Of a stretch of DNA of 64,000 bases, positions 16,963 to 27,273 are shown in pieces. The stretch's first letter is position 1; each line of letters opens with the position of its first letter. The DNA lies in the IMG/VR virus record IMGVR_UViG_3300017791_000355, positions 32,001 to 96,000 of that record; one strand, 5' to 3'. The DNA comes from a virus. Taxonomy: Duplodnaviria > Caudoviricetes. A program made the position numbers and the translations under genes. The notes below the pieces were generated by a model. It was not told where the DNA came from. It saw only the letters and a list, made by a program, of their open reading frames with translations, and did not search any database.

Positions 16963-18576
16963 GTGAAAGTCGCAGAGCTATTTGCCGTCTTCTCCGTGCG
17001 CCCCGACCTCTCCAGTCTGCGAGAGACCAACTCCGCGATCCGCGCGATCCGGAACTCAGTCCTCGGACTCGGCACGATCTTCGGCGCAGGCGCGCTGCTG
17101 AAGTCGATGCTCGGCTTCAACATGCGCGTCGAGGACGCGAAGAACTCAATCGCGGGCATGATCGCGCTCGTTCGCGGAACCACCGTCACCGACGAACTCC
17201 AGACCGCGAGCAAGCTCTACGACGACATCCGCCAGAAGGCGGCCGAACTCCCGGGCACGACCGAGGAGTACCTGCAGGTCCTGCAGAAGCTCACTCGTCC
17301 AGTGCTCGCTGCCGGCGGTTCTCTCGAGGATCTGAAGAAGATCACCATCGCGACCGCCGTCGCGGCGAAGGCCGGCGTCGGAGGCTCGACCATCAAGACC
17401 GCGACCACCGACGTCCTGCAAGGAATCGGCGGTCGCTTCGCGGTCAACGACTTCTTCCTGCAGGCCGTGCTTGGCAAGAAGTTCAAGGGCGAGGAGGGGC
17501 GGAAGCGTTTCCGCGGACTGTCCGAGAAGGACCGCTTCAAGACGCTCCTCGCGGAGCTCAATAACCCGGTCTTCGTCGAGCTCGCGAATCGCCAGGCCGA
17601 CAGCTTCTCGGGTCGACTCGACAAGGTCAAGGAGCAGCTCCTCCAGTTCCTCGGCCGCGTCGGGATCCCACTTTTCAAGGCACTCGGTAACGCCTTCGAG
17701 CGCGCGAACGTATGGTTGACGAACAACCAGGCGGCCGTGCAGAGGTTCGCGGACACGGTCGGCGGCGCGTTCGCGACGGCCTTCGGACTGATCTCCGACA
17801 TCATCAAGTTCTTCGTCGAGAACTCGCCCGAGGCGCAGTCCCTACTCTTCGGTCTGGGGGTCGCCGCCGCGTTCTTCGCGGCACGCATTGGGGTTGCGTG
17901 GCTCGCCGTCCTCGGCCCGGTAGGACGCATCGTCGCTGCGATCGCGCTCATCCACTACACCTTCAACCAGCTCAAGGACAAGATCGGCGAGCTCGGCGCC
18001 GCCCTGGTTGCCGCGTTCTCGATCTTCGCGGCGGCGCGGGTCGTGAAAATTGTCGGGGGAATCACCCAGGTCACCAAGGCCATGCTCGGTCTGCAGGTGG
18101 CGACGAAGGGCGTGGCAGCCGCGAACGCGCTCGCGGGAATCGGCGGAACGGCAGCTACCGCGGCATCCGCTGCGGGCGCGGCCATCAACGCGGGCGCGCT
18201 CGCAGGCGGACTCGGCCCGGCCGGTGCAGGCGCTGCTGGGGCAGGCGGGTTGTTCGGCAGGCTAGGTCTAGCGCTCGGTTCCATCGGCACTGTCCCGATT
18301 ATTGGAGCGGTGATCGGCACGGCCTACGCGCTGAGCGAGGTGACCGGCGGCGCGATGGACCTCGCGAGAGCGCTCGAGGTAGTTCGCGAGCAGGAAATCA
18401 ATCGTCGCTATGAGCAGGCTAAGGCCGCCGGCATCACGGTGACGACCGACGTCCACGTCAACGTCACGGGAATGATGAGCGGGGACACGCTCGTCGAGTT
18501 CCGTCGAGTCATCGAGGAAGAGGCGGAGAATCAGCTCCGTCACATCCAGGCAGCGGTCGCAGGAGGTACGCGCTAG
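16963..18576 (+). CDS. tape measure protein
   Basis: Ala/Gly-rich helical protein with hydrophobic segments after the chaperone. Confidence 0.85.
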   Translation: MKVAELFAVFSVRPDLSSLRETNSAIRAIRNSVLGLGTIFGAGALLKSMLGFNMRVEDAKNSIAGMIALVRGTTVTDELQTASKLYDDIRQKAAELPGTTEEYLQVLQKLTRPVLAAGGSLEDLKKITIATAVAAKAGVGGSTIKTATTDVLQGIGGRFAVNDFFLQAVLGKKFKGEEGRKRFRGLSEKDRFKTLLAELNNPVFVELANRQADSFSGRLDKVKEQLLQFLGRVGIPLFKALGNAFERANVWLTNNQAAVQRFADTVGGAFATAFGLISDIIKFFVENSPEAQSLLFGLGVAAAFFAARIGVAWLAVLGPVGRIVAAIALIHYTFNQLKDKIGELGAALVAAFSIFAAARVVKIVGGITQVTKAMLGLQVATKGVAAANALAGIGGTAATAASAAGAAINAGALAGGLGPAGAGAAGAGGLFGRLGLALGSIGTVPIIGAVIGTAYALSEVTGGAMDLARALEVVREQEINRRYEQAKAAGITVTTDVHVNVTGMMSGDTLVEFRRVIEEEAENQLRHIQAAVAGGTR

Positions 18577-19484
18577 TGGCCGACCTCCCAACAGGCGCGT
18601 TCATCCCTCCCGGGACCTTCGTCATGATCGAGAAGGACGACGGGACCGCTCGTCTTCTGATCGACGTGTCGCTCACCGAGGAGCACTCGTTCGAGAGCGA
18701 GGTCACTGACTACCCTGTCGAGTCTGGCTCGACGATCAGCGACAACATTCGACCGAAGCCTATCACCGTGGGCTTCGAGGGCCTCGTCACCAACACACCC
18801 CTCGACCCGATGCGCGCGAATCGCGGGGACGATGACCAGGCAGCGAAGTCGGCGCAGACCGCGTACCAGTTCCTCCTCGACATCTACAACGGACGCGACC
18901 TCGTTACGGTCAGGACGTCGCTCGGCACCTTCAGGAAGATGGCGCTGACTTCACTGTCGCTCCCTCGCTCGAAGGACACCGGAGACGCGCTCAAGTTCAG
19001 CGCACGATTCCAGCAGCTGACGCTCGTCACGAACGCTCGGGTTCGGACCGCTCTTCGAAGCGGAGGTGGGGGGAAGAAGAACCTCGGCACGAAGCCGCTC
19101 ACTTTGAAGGACGAGAAGATCGTCGAGTGGCGCAAGGGCGTCGTCTACCTGACTCATGGCGCAGGCTTCGTGTACATCGGCGGGGCGCCGATCGTGCGCG
19201 AGTCCGAGACGGTCTACTGGATCCCGAACGTCTTCCCGTACGACTTCAAGCTACCGACGATCGGTTTCGACCCTGGTAGCCCGGACGGCATCTGGTTTCA
19301 CTCCGACAAGCAGACTCCGCTGACGCTCGAGGAGCGCCGACGCTTGATTCTCGACCTTCGCCGCGACATGCGCGGGCAACCGAGCGGTCAGATCAAGTTC
19401 GACGAGGCAGCCAAGAAGACCAAGAGCCCGATCGACGTGAACGCGACGAATCGGCGCCCTGGCTTTGAAGGATTCAAGCAGTAA
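18576..19484 (+). CDS. baseplate/distal tail (Dit-like) protein
   Basis: EEHSFESEVTDYPVESGSTISDN motif. Confidence 0.8.
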   Translation: MADLPTGAFIPPGTFVMIEKDDGTARLLIDVSLTEEHSFESEVTDYPVESGSTISDNIRPKPITVGFEGLVTNTPLDPMRANRGDDDQAAKSAQTAYQFLLDIYNGRDLVTVRTSLGTFRKMALTSLSLPRSKDTGDALKFSARFQQLTLVTNARVRTALRSGGGGKKNLGTKPLTLKDEKIVEWRKGVVYLTHGAGFVYIGGAPIVRESETVYWIPNVFPYDFKLPTIGFDPGSPDGIWFHSDKQTPLTLEERRRLILDLRRDMRGQPSGQIKFDEAAKKTKSPIDVNATNRRPGFEGFKQ

Positions 19485-19831
19485 TGGGTCCGGCCGTCAT
19501 CCCATTCATCCCGTCCGTTCCCGAGTACGACTTCGACTGCGTCATCGAAGACGACAGCTACAACTTCGACGTTCACTGGAACGAACACGACAAGGCCTGG
19601 TACTTCACGCTCTCGGAGACCGACGGCGACGTGATTGCCGAGGGACTCAAGATCACCGTCGGCTCGTACATCGGCCGGTACTCGACGCACAAGCTGTTCC
19701 AGCGAGGCGTGATCGCGACGATCGACACCTCCGGTCAGTACAAGGACCCGACGTTCGACAATCTCGGGACCACGGTCGAGGTCCGCTTCTACAAGATCGA
19801 GGACCTCATCGCCGAGAACTACGCGGTGTGA
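19484..19831 (+). CDS. baseplate protein
   Basis: Synteny; WN...WYF motif. Confidence 0.7.
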   Translation: MGPAVIPFIPSVPEYDFDCVIEDDSYNFDVHWNEHDKAWYFTLSETDGDVIAEGLKITVGSYIGRYSTHKLFQRGVIATIDTSGQYKDPTFDNLGTTVEVRFYKIEDLIAENYAV

Positions 19832-19834
19832 GTC

Positions 19835-20749
19835 GTGGCAGTTGACCCGATCACAGCTCGCATCCGAGCACTCAACCGCACCGCGGATCTGATCGTCTAT
19901 CGGGCTTCTACCCCGTCGACGGGAAACGACTTCTTCGTACAACGTCAGGGCGGTCCGGACGGCAAGACGACGAACGGCATCCAGATCACGAATCTCAGGA
20001 TGGAGTTCACCGTCCACCGGGATCTGTCGAAGCACCCGAATCGCTCGGACGTGAAGATCTACAATCTCGCCCCCGTTACTCGCGCCGCCGTCGAGACCAA
20101 GCCGCTCAGCGTCGACTTCACCGCCGGCTATGACGGGGTCAACCGACTCGTGGTCGCGGGCGACGTACTGTTCGCGATGTCTAAGCAGGAGGGTCCCAAC
20201 TGGGTGACCATGCTCCAGGTCGGCGACGGCGCGAGGGCGTTCGGTAACGCGCGCGTCACCCCGCGCTCCTATCCCGGCAGCACGAGCGTCAAGAGCATCG
20301 TTCGGGACATCGCCAAGAGCATGGGTCAGACGCTGCCGTTGAACATTGAGCAGTCTCGAACCCTCAACGCGCAGGTTCCGATCGGGTCTGTCATCTCGGG
20401 CCCGGCCCAGATCGAGCTCAGTCGCCTACTGGCCCCATATGGATTCGACTGGTCGTTCCAGAACGGTCGGCTGCAGATCTTGCGAGACACGGACGTCCGG
20501 ACCGACGTACTCCCGATCGGCGAGAAGTACGGGATGCTGGGTACCCCCGAGTTCGGGCAGCCCAAGAAGAACGGCAAGCCTCCCACGATGACGGTCAAGA
20601 ACCTCCTGTATCCCGAGCTCGTACCGGGTGGGCAGGTCGACCTCCAGACCACGACGATTCGGGGGCGCTTCAAGGTGGTCAAGGTGAAGCACAACGGCGA
20701 CACCCACGGTGATCAGTGGTTTACCGAGATCGAGATTAAGCCCTTGTAG
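19835..20749 (+). CDS. baseplate hub protein
   Basis: IYNL, AGY, WSFQNG, GDTHGDQW motifs. Confidence 0.8.
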   Translation: MAVDPITARIRALNRTADLIVYRASTPSTGNDFFVQRQGGPDGKTTNGIQITNLRMEFTVHRDLSKHPNRSDVKIYNLAPVTRAAVETKPLSVDFTAGYDGVNRLVVAGDVLFAMSKQEGPNWVTMLQVGDGARAFGNARVTPRSYPGSTSVKSIVRDIAKSMGQTLPLNIEQSRTLNAQVPIGSVISGPAQIELSRLLAPYGFDWSFQNGRLQILRDTDVRTDVLPIGEKYGMLGTPEFGQPKKNGKPPTMTVKNLLYPELVPGGQVDLQTTTIRGRFKVVKVKHNGDTHGDQWFTEIEIKPL

Positions 20750-20764
20750 GTCCTGGCCGGTTTA

Positions 20765-20833
20765 GGCCAGGGGACAGCCCTGGACAGTGTCGGCACGACT
20801 CGTCCAGCGAGGTATCCTGCAACGACCGTGCCA
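20765..20833. promoter_or_regulatory. palindrome plus reverse sigma54 consensus at the spike gene start
   Basis: GGCCAGG-N7-CCTGGAC 20765-20785; minus TGGCACG-GTCG-TTGCA 20833-20818. Confidence 0.55.
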
Positions 20834-21487
20834 CTGCAGTCACCTACCTGGGCCGATGTCATCCAGGGCGCCATCGACGCGCGCCTGGGGGACGTCCACA
20901 CCGCGCTCCCTGGCCGCGTCGAGTCGTTCAACAAGACGACCCAGCGCGCGAGCGTGCAGGCCCTCGTGCGCCGCCCGTACTACGACGAGAACGGGGATCG
21001 ACAGACTGAGCGAATCCCGGTCTTCCAGGACGTGCCGGTGATGTTTCCCGGTAGCGGCAAGAACCGGATGACGACCCCCGTCAAGTCCGGGGACCTGGTG
21101 CTCCTCGTGTTCGCGAGCGCATCGCTGGACCTCGTGCTCAGCCAGGGCGTCGAGACGGATCCGAAGGACGATCGCCGTCACTCCCTGAGCGACGCGATCG
21201 CGATCCCAGGCTTCTACACGTTCACGTCTCTGCCGACCACGGCCCCTGACGATGCCGTCGTCATCCACGCGGAGGACGAGGTCCGACTCGGTGGTCCGGG
21301 CGCCAACAAGGCGCTCACGCGAGCGACCGACGTCGAGAACGCGATCAAGGGACTATTCAGTGACACCGCCTTCCTCGCCGCACTCGCGGCGATTCCGGTC
21401 AACGGTACCGCCCCAGTAACCGCAGCTGTCAACGCGTACTTCGTCGCGCACCCTGCTAGCGGCGCACCTAAGGTGAAGGCCGAGTAG
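20828..21487 (+). CDS. baseplate spike (Gp138-like)
   Basis: HTALPGRVESF, VPVMFP, RRHSLSDAIAIPG. Confidence 0.85.
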   Translation: MPLQSPTWADVIQGAIDARLGDVHTALPGRVESFNKTTQRASVQALVRRPYYDENGDRQTERIPVFQDVPVMFPGSGKNRMTTPVKSGDLVLLVFASASLDLVLSQGVETDPKDDRRHSLSDAIAIPGFYTFTSLPTTAPDDAVVIHAEDEVRLGGPGANKALTRATDVENAIKGLFSDTAFLAALAAIPVNGTAPVTAAVNAYFVAHPASGAPKVKAE

Positions 21488-21879
21488 TGGCGCTACCTCT
21501 CGTAGACGAGCCGCGCGACTTGCTGCTCGATGCAGACGGCGACCTGGTCATCACGACGGATCTGCAATGGACGTACGGGATCGACGCGGTTGTTCAGAGC
21601 TGTCGAATCGCGCTCCAGATGTTTCAGGGCGAGTGGTTCCTCGACCTCGACGCAGGCATCCCGTACTGGGACCAAATCCTCGGGCAGAAGCCGGCGATCG
21701 CGATCGCCGTGGCGCGCGATGAGTTTCGTCGCGAGCTCCTGACAGTCAGCGGCGTCCTCGAGGTCATTCGTCTCGACGTCACGTTCAACGGCGCGACTCG
21801 AGCTCTGACCGTGGTCTGGCAGGTCAGGACCGCTCTCGGGGAGACCCCGGTCGACACGTTGGACTTGGAGGTCGCATGA
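21487..21879 (+). CDS. baseplate wedge/sheath initiator (gp25-like)
   Basis: FQGEWFLDLDAGIPY. Confidence 0.8.
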   Translation: MALPLVDEPRDLLLDADGDLVITTDLQWTYGIDAVVQSCRIALQMFQGEWFLDLDAGIPYWDQILGQKPAIAIAVARDEFRRELLTVSGVLEVIRLDVTFNGATRALTVVWQVRTALGETPVDTLDLEVA

Positions 21880-23390
21880 GCTTCGGCCTCACAGACAACG
21901 GACTCGTCATCCCCAGCCTCGACACCATTCGCGAGGCGCTCAACACGAATCTTCGAAACGTCTTCGGCACGTCGATCGATCTCGGGGACAAGAGCATCCT
22001 CGGCCAGATCACGGGAATCCTCGCCGAGAGACTCCACGCGTTGTGGGAGAAGCTCGAGGCGGTCAACTCGTCTCAGGATCCGGACAAGGCGACTGGCGCA
22101 AGTCTCGAGGCGATCAGCGCGCTCACCGGCACGTTCCGCCCTGCCTCGACTTTCTCGACCGTCGTCCTCACCTTGACCGGGACAGCGCTCACCTTGGTCG
22201 CGGCCGGGAACAAGGCGAAGACCACGAGCACCCAGAAGTCGTTCGTCACGCTCGACGACGCGACGATCACGGCGTTGACCGCATGGGCCAACACGACCGC
22301 GTACGCACTCGGCGATCGCAGGTCGAACGCTTCCCGCTCGTACCAGTGCATCACGCCTGGCACCTCGGCTGGTTCCGGCGGACCGACCACGACCGCGTCG
22401 GACATCACCGACGGTACGGTTCACTGGACGTACCTGGGTGAGGGTACCGCGGCCATCGACGTCAACGCGCGCGCCGAGGAGAGCGGTCCGGTAACGGCGT
22501 TCGCTCGCGACATCGATGCCATCGAGTCCGCCGTCGGAGGTTGGAGCTCGGTCATCAACCTCCTCGATGCTACCCCCGGTCGAGACCGTGGAGAGGACGG
22601 CGAACTGCGACTGCTTCGCGAGCAGGAACTGGCCGCAGGTGGCAACACGACCATCAACGCGATGCGCGCGGAGCTTCTCGACATTGAGGACGTCGTGTCG
22701 GTGACCATCTTCGCGAACAACACCGACGTAACTGATGCGGACGGAGTCCCGCCACACTCGGTCGAGCCGGTGATTCGCATCCCAGTCGGAGCTGACGAGG
22801 ATCAGGCCGTGTTCGACGTGCTTTTGGACGCCGCGTCCGCGGGTATCCGAACCCACGGGGTCACCGTCGGTACGGCGACCGACGACGCCGGCACGGCGCA
22901 GACCATGAAGTTCACGCGACCGACCGAGATCCCGATCTACGTGGCGCTGATGCTACTCGTCGATGCCGCGACGTATCCGTCCGACGGGAACACCGAGGTC
23001 AAGGAGGCGATCGTCGAGTGGGGCGACCTCCAGACCACCGGTAAGAACGCGGTCCCCTCCGGCGTCGCGGCGCAGGCGTTCCGAGTCACCGGAGTGCTGG
23101 AGGTCGTCGCCGTGGGAATCGATACCGCGACGCTCGCGGCGCCGACCACGTGGCTCCCGAGCACGGCCTACGTCACCGGCAACGTAGTCGCGAACGGTGA
23201 CCGCATGTACGAGTGCATCACCAACGGCACCAGCGCGAGCTCGGGAGGACCAACCACGACCGCGTCGGACATCACCGACAACACAGCGCACTGGAAGTAC
23301 GTCGGTAACACCATCCCGATCTCCCTTCGCCAACTCGCGACGTTCGACACCTCGCGCATCAACATCACGAGCACCAGCTCGACACCGTGA
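21876..23390 (+). CDS. baseplate J-like protein with two inserted CBM5/12-like repeats
   Basis: FGLTDNG, ATGASLE, PPHSVE; two W...Y..G....Y.C...G repeats. Confidence 0.85.
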   Translation: MSFGLTDNGLVIPSLDTIREALNTNLRNVFGTSIDLGDKSILGQITGILAERLHALWEKLEAVNSSQDPDKATGASLEAISALTGTFRPASTFSTVVLTLTGTALTLVAAGNKAKTTSTQKSFVTLDDATITALTAWANTTAYALGDRRSNASRSYQCITPGTSAGSGGPTTTASDITDGTVHWTYLGEGTAAIDVNARAEESGPVTAFARDIDAIESAVGGWSSVINLLDATPGRDRGEDGELRLLREQELAAGGNTTINAMRAELLDIEDVVSVTIFANNTDVTDADGVPPHSVEPVIRIPVGADEDQAVFDVLLDAASAGIRTHGVTVGTATDDAGTAQTMKFTRPTEIPIYVALMLLVDAATYPSDGNTEVKEAIVEWGDLQTTGKNAVPSGVAAQAFRVTGVLEVVAVGIDTATLAAPTTWLPSTAYVTGNVVANGDRMYECITNGTSASSGGPTTTASDITDNTAHWKYVGNTIPISLRQLATFDTSRINITSTSSTP

Positions 23391-23398
23391 GGTAGCGC

Positions 23399-23767
23399 GT
23401 GGCTCTCCCGACTCGAGCTCAGATTCGCACGACGATCTTGGCCTGGTGGCAGGCACCAGGACGGCCGCGCCTCGCGCGGTTGCGCGCGCTGTTGGCCGCG
23501 ATGATCAACACGAACGTCGATCCTGGAGTCGGGATTCAGGTCGGCATCGTCAACCTCCCCCCGCTCACGTTGGTGATTCGCGCAACGCAGACCGACGTCG
23601 ACGGGAACCAGACCGTGCTCAACACGCTGACGTACGACGCCACCGACATCCCACCCAACGCGCAGAACATCGACTTCGACGACATCATCGACGACGACAC
23701 AGGCAAGCTCACGCGTCGCCAGCGGGCCAACAACCAGAACTCGCAGAGTCAGAGGGTGGGTAACTAG
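23399..23767 (+). CDS. hypothetical protein
   Basis: ORF with RBS GAGG. Confidence 0.55.
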   Translation: MALPTRAQIRTTILAWWQAPGRPRLARLRALLAAMINTNVDPGVGIQVGIVNLPPLTLVIRATQTDVDGNQTVLNTLTYDATDIPPNAQNIDFDDIIDDDTGKLTRRQRANNQNSQSQRVGN

Positions 23768-26421
23768 TGGCGAACGACGCGCAGCGAACCACGCGGTGGG
23801 CGTTCCCAATGCGGACGAGCACGCTCGCGACGAACACGACGCTGGGGACGGCGACGCGTCACGATTTCGCCGCCGAGACGATCTACGTCCCGGAGACGAC
23901 GCGCTCGTTCGCCAAGGCGAACGGAGGTCGCGTCATGGTGCGCGTGTCCGCGCATCTCGCCCACAACGCGGCCACCGATCTCGACGGCGTACGCATCGGA
24001 ATCAAGATCAACGCGGTCGCGTTTGACGACCTCGACATCACGGTCGCGTTGGCGAACTCTGGAAACACGTGGCGTGTCGACATGACCCGCGACGTCACCG
24101 ACTACTTCGCAGCCAATGATCCCGGCACCGCGAGTTTCACGTGTCAGGTGGGAGTGGCGTTCGCCACCGGTGTCGCCGGTACGGTCACCGCGATCACCGC
24201 GGAACTCGTCACGACATACGCTTACGATTCAGCCGCGAGCACGTGGGCTGACACTGCGATCTTCCCGATCCAGTCCGGCCTGACCTCCCCGCCGAGCTCG
24301 GCCGGTTCGACGTGGACTGAGATGGGCGTCGACGGCACCGGCGCCGCGCCGACCAACCAGATTCGCAAGTTGACGGGAAGCGGAGGTGCCTTCGAGAACG
24401 TCACCGGATTTACGCTTCGAAAGCGGTTCCTGGTCGTGATGGCGAACTACAACTCGACCACCGTCAGCTTCCCGGTCGCGCTGCGCTACCAGATCGACGG
24501 CGCCGGCGCGACCGCGCTGTCGTGCTTCGGCGGCAACATCGGCGGCGCGGGCACCTCGAATCGCGTGTATGCGGTCGTGGACATCACCGCGCTCTCGGCG
24601 AGCGCAGCCCACAAACTGGAGTGGTCGGACGACATCGTGAACGGGTTCGAGCATCTCGGGTGTCTCGACGTCGTGACCTACGAGTACACCAAGCCGTCCG
24701 GGACAGACGTCTGCTTCGTGTCGATCCAGGTCCCTCTCGTGAATCACAACGGTGACAACACCGGAACCCCGGCTCGTCTCGCCACCACCGCCGACTGCGA
24801 TCGATGGTCTGCGATCTTCGACGTGCAGGAGGTGTCGCCGTCGATGGACCAATCGGGCATCGTGCTGTGGGACGGACACTTCGGCGGGGGTACCGACACG
24901 ATTCTCTCGGCTCCAAGTCAGACCGAGCGCACCTACGATCGTTCCACGGTCAGCGCGCGCGATAGCTGGAACGCCGTCGTTCACCGCTGCGATCACTCGA
25001 GTTCGAACTGGGCGGTGGCTCGTGGACGGAACGTCCTCTCAGTCGACGTCCGCACCAACTCGGTCAACACCTCGGTCGGTGAGTCGGCAGGAATCGCGTA
25101 CATCAACTACCGCTGCACGCGTCACCCGGGCGGCGCGCACAAGCACAACCGGACGCTGCTAGCCGCGCAGCTGCTCTCGTACACCGAGGGCGCGACTCCG
25201 ACCGCGACCCCGGACGAGCCCGTCATCATCCCGACCGACTACACGCTTTCTGGCGCGTACGCAGAGCAGTTGGTGTGGTTCAACCAGGCCGCCGTCGTTT
25301 GCGGTATCGGGGCCCAGCGCCAGAGCGCAGAGGACAACGGGAAGGGTTGGTACCGATCGGGGCTCGCCGGAAACAACAACATCTCCGAACTCGGCTCGAC
25401 GATCCTACCGCACCCGATGACCAAGTGGTTCCGCACTCGCACCTCGCTGGTTGACGGAGCCGATGTCGAGGTCGAGCGGAAGTGGCATCTCCACGCGAGC
25501 ACCGCGTCCGCGGGTCATCAGGCTTGGCTGTACCTCACGATGCACGCGTGTACGTTCGCGGTGTCCGGCACCGTCACCATCAACGGAGCCGCGGCCGCGA
25601 ACGGTAAGACGGTCAAGGTCTGGTCGGTCGACGCGAGCAACCGGGTCGAGTTCGTCGGTTCCACGACCACCGGCGGTGGCACCGGTGCGTTCTCGCTCAC
25701 GACCGCCCCGGACTCGGCGAAGACCTACTGGGCGTCGTACGTCGACGGGACAGACCTCGGACGTTCCGCCGACGGCACCGCCGGAACCAGTACGTTTGAC
25801 ATCGGAGTTGGCGCTGCGCCGACGCCGGACGTCATCATCACGAGCTTCCCGTCTGTGTCGACGACCTCCACGTCGGCGAGCTTCAGCTTCACTATCAGCA
25901 CCGGTTCCGCGGAGTTCAAGGTCGACGCGGGATCGTTTGCTCCGGCCACGTCCCCCATCAATCTGTCGAGTCTGTCGGTAGGCACCCACACGATCACGAT
26001 TCGCTCGACTACCGACACGTCGCACTCTCAGGCCTTCACGTGGGACGTGGTCAGCGGTTCGTCGGGTACCGACGTCATCATCACCGGCACCCCAGTGGTC
26101 AGCAGTGATAGCTCGTCCGCGACGTTCGCGTTCACGATCAGCTCTGGTTCGGCCGAGTACTCGCTCGACGGCGCCGCGTACGTCCCTGCCACGTCTCCGA
26201 TCACGCTCACGGGCCTCGCGGTCGGCGGACACAGCCTCACGATTCGCTCGACCACGACTCCGACTGCGCTGCAGTCGTTCTGGTGGACGGTCACCGGAAC
26301 CGACGTCGAGACCCTGGAACCGATCGAGGCACCCAGCAACTCCAGCGACCTGCCGCTCGTCGATCACGTGAGCGCGGGGCTCGCGCGCCTGTGTCAGCAA
26401 TTCAGAGGGGAAGATGGCTAA
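23767..26421 (+). CDS. large tail/baseplate-associated protein with two C-terminal Ig-like repeats
   Basis: Thr/Ser-rich beta protein; two DVIIT...SAE..DG...PATSPI.L..L.VG.H...IRSTT repeats. Confidence 0.75.
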   Translation: MANDAQRTTRWAFPMRTSTLATNTTLGTATRHDFAAETIYVPETTRSFAKANGGRVMVRVSAHLAHNAATDLDGVRIGIKINAVAFDDLDITVALANSGNTWRVDMTRDVTDYFAANDPGTASFTCQVGVAFATGVAGTVTAITAELVTTYAYDSAASTWADTAIFPIQSGLTSPPSSAGSTWTEMGVDGTGAAPTNQIRKLTGSGGAFENVTGFTLRKRFLVVMANYNSTTVSFPVALRYQIDGAGATALSCFGGNIGGAGTSNRVYAVVDITALSASAAHKLEWSDDIVNGFEHLGCLDVVTYEYTKPSGTDVCFVSIQVPLVNHNGDNTGTPARLATTADCDRWSAIFDVQEVSPSMDQSGIVLWDGHFGGGTDTILSAPSQTERTYDRSTVSARDSWNAVVHRCDHSSSNWAVARGRNVLSVDVRTNSVNTSVGESAGIAYINYRCTRHPGGAHKHNRTLLAAQLLSYTEGATPTATPDEPVIIPTDYTLSGAYAEQLVWFNQAAVVCGIGAQRQSAEDNGKGWYRSGLAGNNNISELGSTILPHPMTKWFRTRTSLVDGADVEVERKWHLHASTASAGHQAWLYLTMHACTFAVSGTVTINGAAAANGKTVKVWSVDASNRVEFVGSTTTGGGTGAFSLTTAPDSAKTYWASYVDGTDLGRSADGTAGTSTFDIGVGAAPTPDVIITSFPSVSTTSTSASFSFTISTGSAEFKVDAGSFAPATSPINLSSLSVGTHTITIRSTTDTSHSQAFTWDVVSGSSGTDVIITGTPVVSSDSSSATFAFTISSGSAEYSLDGAAYVPATSPITLTGLAVGGHSLTIRSTTTPTALQSFWWTVTGTDVETLEPIEAPSNSSDLPLVDHVSAGLARLCQQFRGEDG

Positions 26422-27214
26422 CAACATCCAGAAGCTCCTCACCGCCTGGCTCGCACCGTTCCAGGACATCGAGAACTGCCTGCAGCAGTTGGTCACCGAG
26501 CGCAGCGTTGATGACTCGGTTGGCGCGCAACTCGATGTTCTCGGGAAGATCGTCGGTCAGAGCCGTCTCGGACAAGACGACGACCTATATCGCCGGTACA
26601 TCCGGGCTCGCATCAGCGCAAATCGATCGAAGGGACGCATCTCCGACATCCTGCGGGTGTCCGACTTGATCGTGTACGACGATGCCGCGACGTACGTGCT
26701 CGACAACGAGGGTGCCGCCGCGTACGTGCTCCGGGTCGAGGGGACGACGGTCACGATCCCGGTACTCCAGGCTCTGGCCTACTTCCTCCGCTCGGCGACG
26801 TCCGCCGGCGTCCGCTCGATGGTTCAGGGAAATCAGAACCCGGCCACCAGTGCGTTCAACTTCTCGAACGGTCCGGGCAAGGGCTTCGGACAACTTCCGC
26901 AGCTCGACCTGGCACCGCTGACTACGAACGTGGACACCGTTGTCCGCCACCGCGACTCGCGAATCCCGACCCTCGCCCTGACCGCTGACGGCGCAGGCGC
27001 GGGGACGCTCACCAACGCGGGGGACGCGTGGACGTTCCACTTCCAGAGTGGCGTGACGACCGTCGCGCAGTTCGAGTCAGCGATCAATGCGAGTTCGGGG
27101 CTGGTAGTCCTGACGGCGGACGGCGTCGGAACGATGGGCGCCGGCGACGTCGTCGCGACGACACCGTTCACGAAGAGCGTCACCGGCGGTAAGTTCGCGT
27201 GCGTGTTCGAGTAG
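26414..27214 (+). CDS. baseplate wedge protein (DUF2612-like)
   Basis: SVGAQLDVLGKIVGQSR...DDDLYRRYIRARISAN. Confidence 0.8.
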   Translation: MANNIQKLLTAWLAPFQDIENCLQQLVTERSVDDSVGAQLDVLGKIVGQSRLGQDDDLYRRYIRARISANRSKGRISDILRVSDLIVYDDAATYVLDNEGAAAYVLRVEGTTVTIPVLQALAYFLRSATSAGVRSMVQGNQNPATSAFNFSNGPGKGFGQLPQLDLAPLTTNVDTVVRHRDSRIPTLALTADGAGAGTLTNAGDAWTFHFQSGVTTVAQFESAINASSGLVVLTADGVGTMGAGDVVATTPFTKSVTGGKFACVFE

Positions 27215-27273
27215 CGCGTCCAGGGGACAGACTGGCTAGCGAGCCCTGTTCCAGTCAGACTCCCTGGACATAG

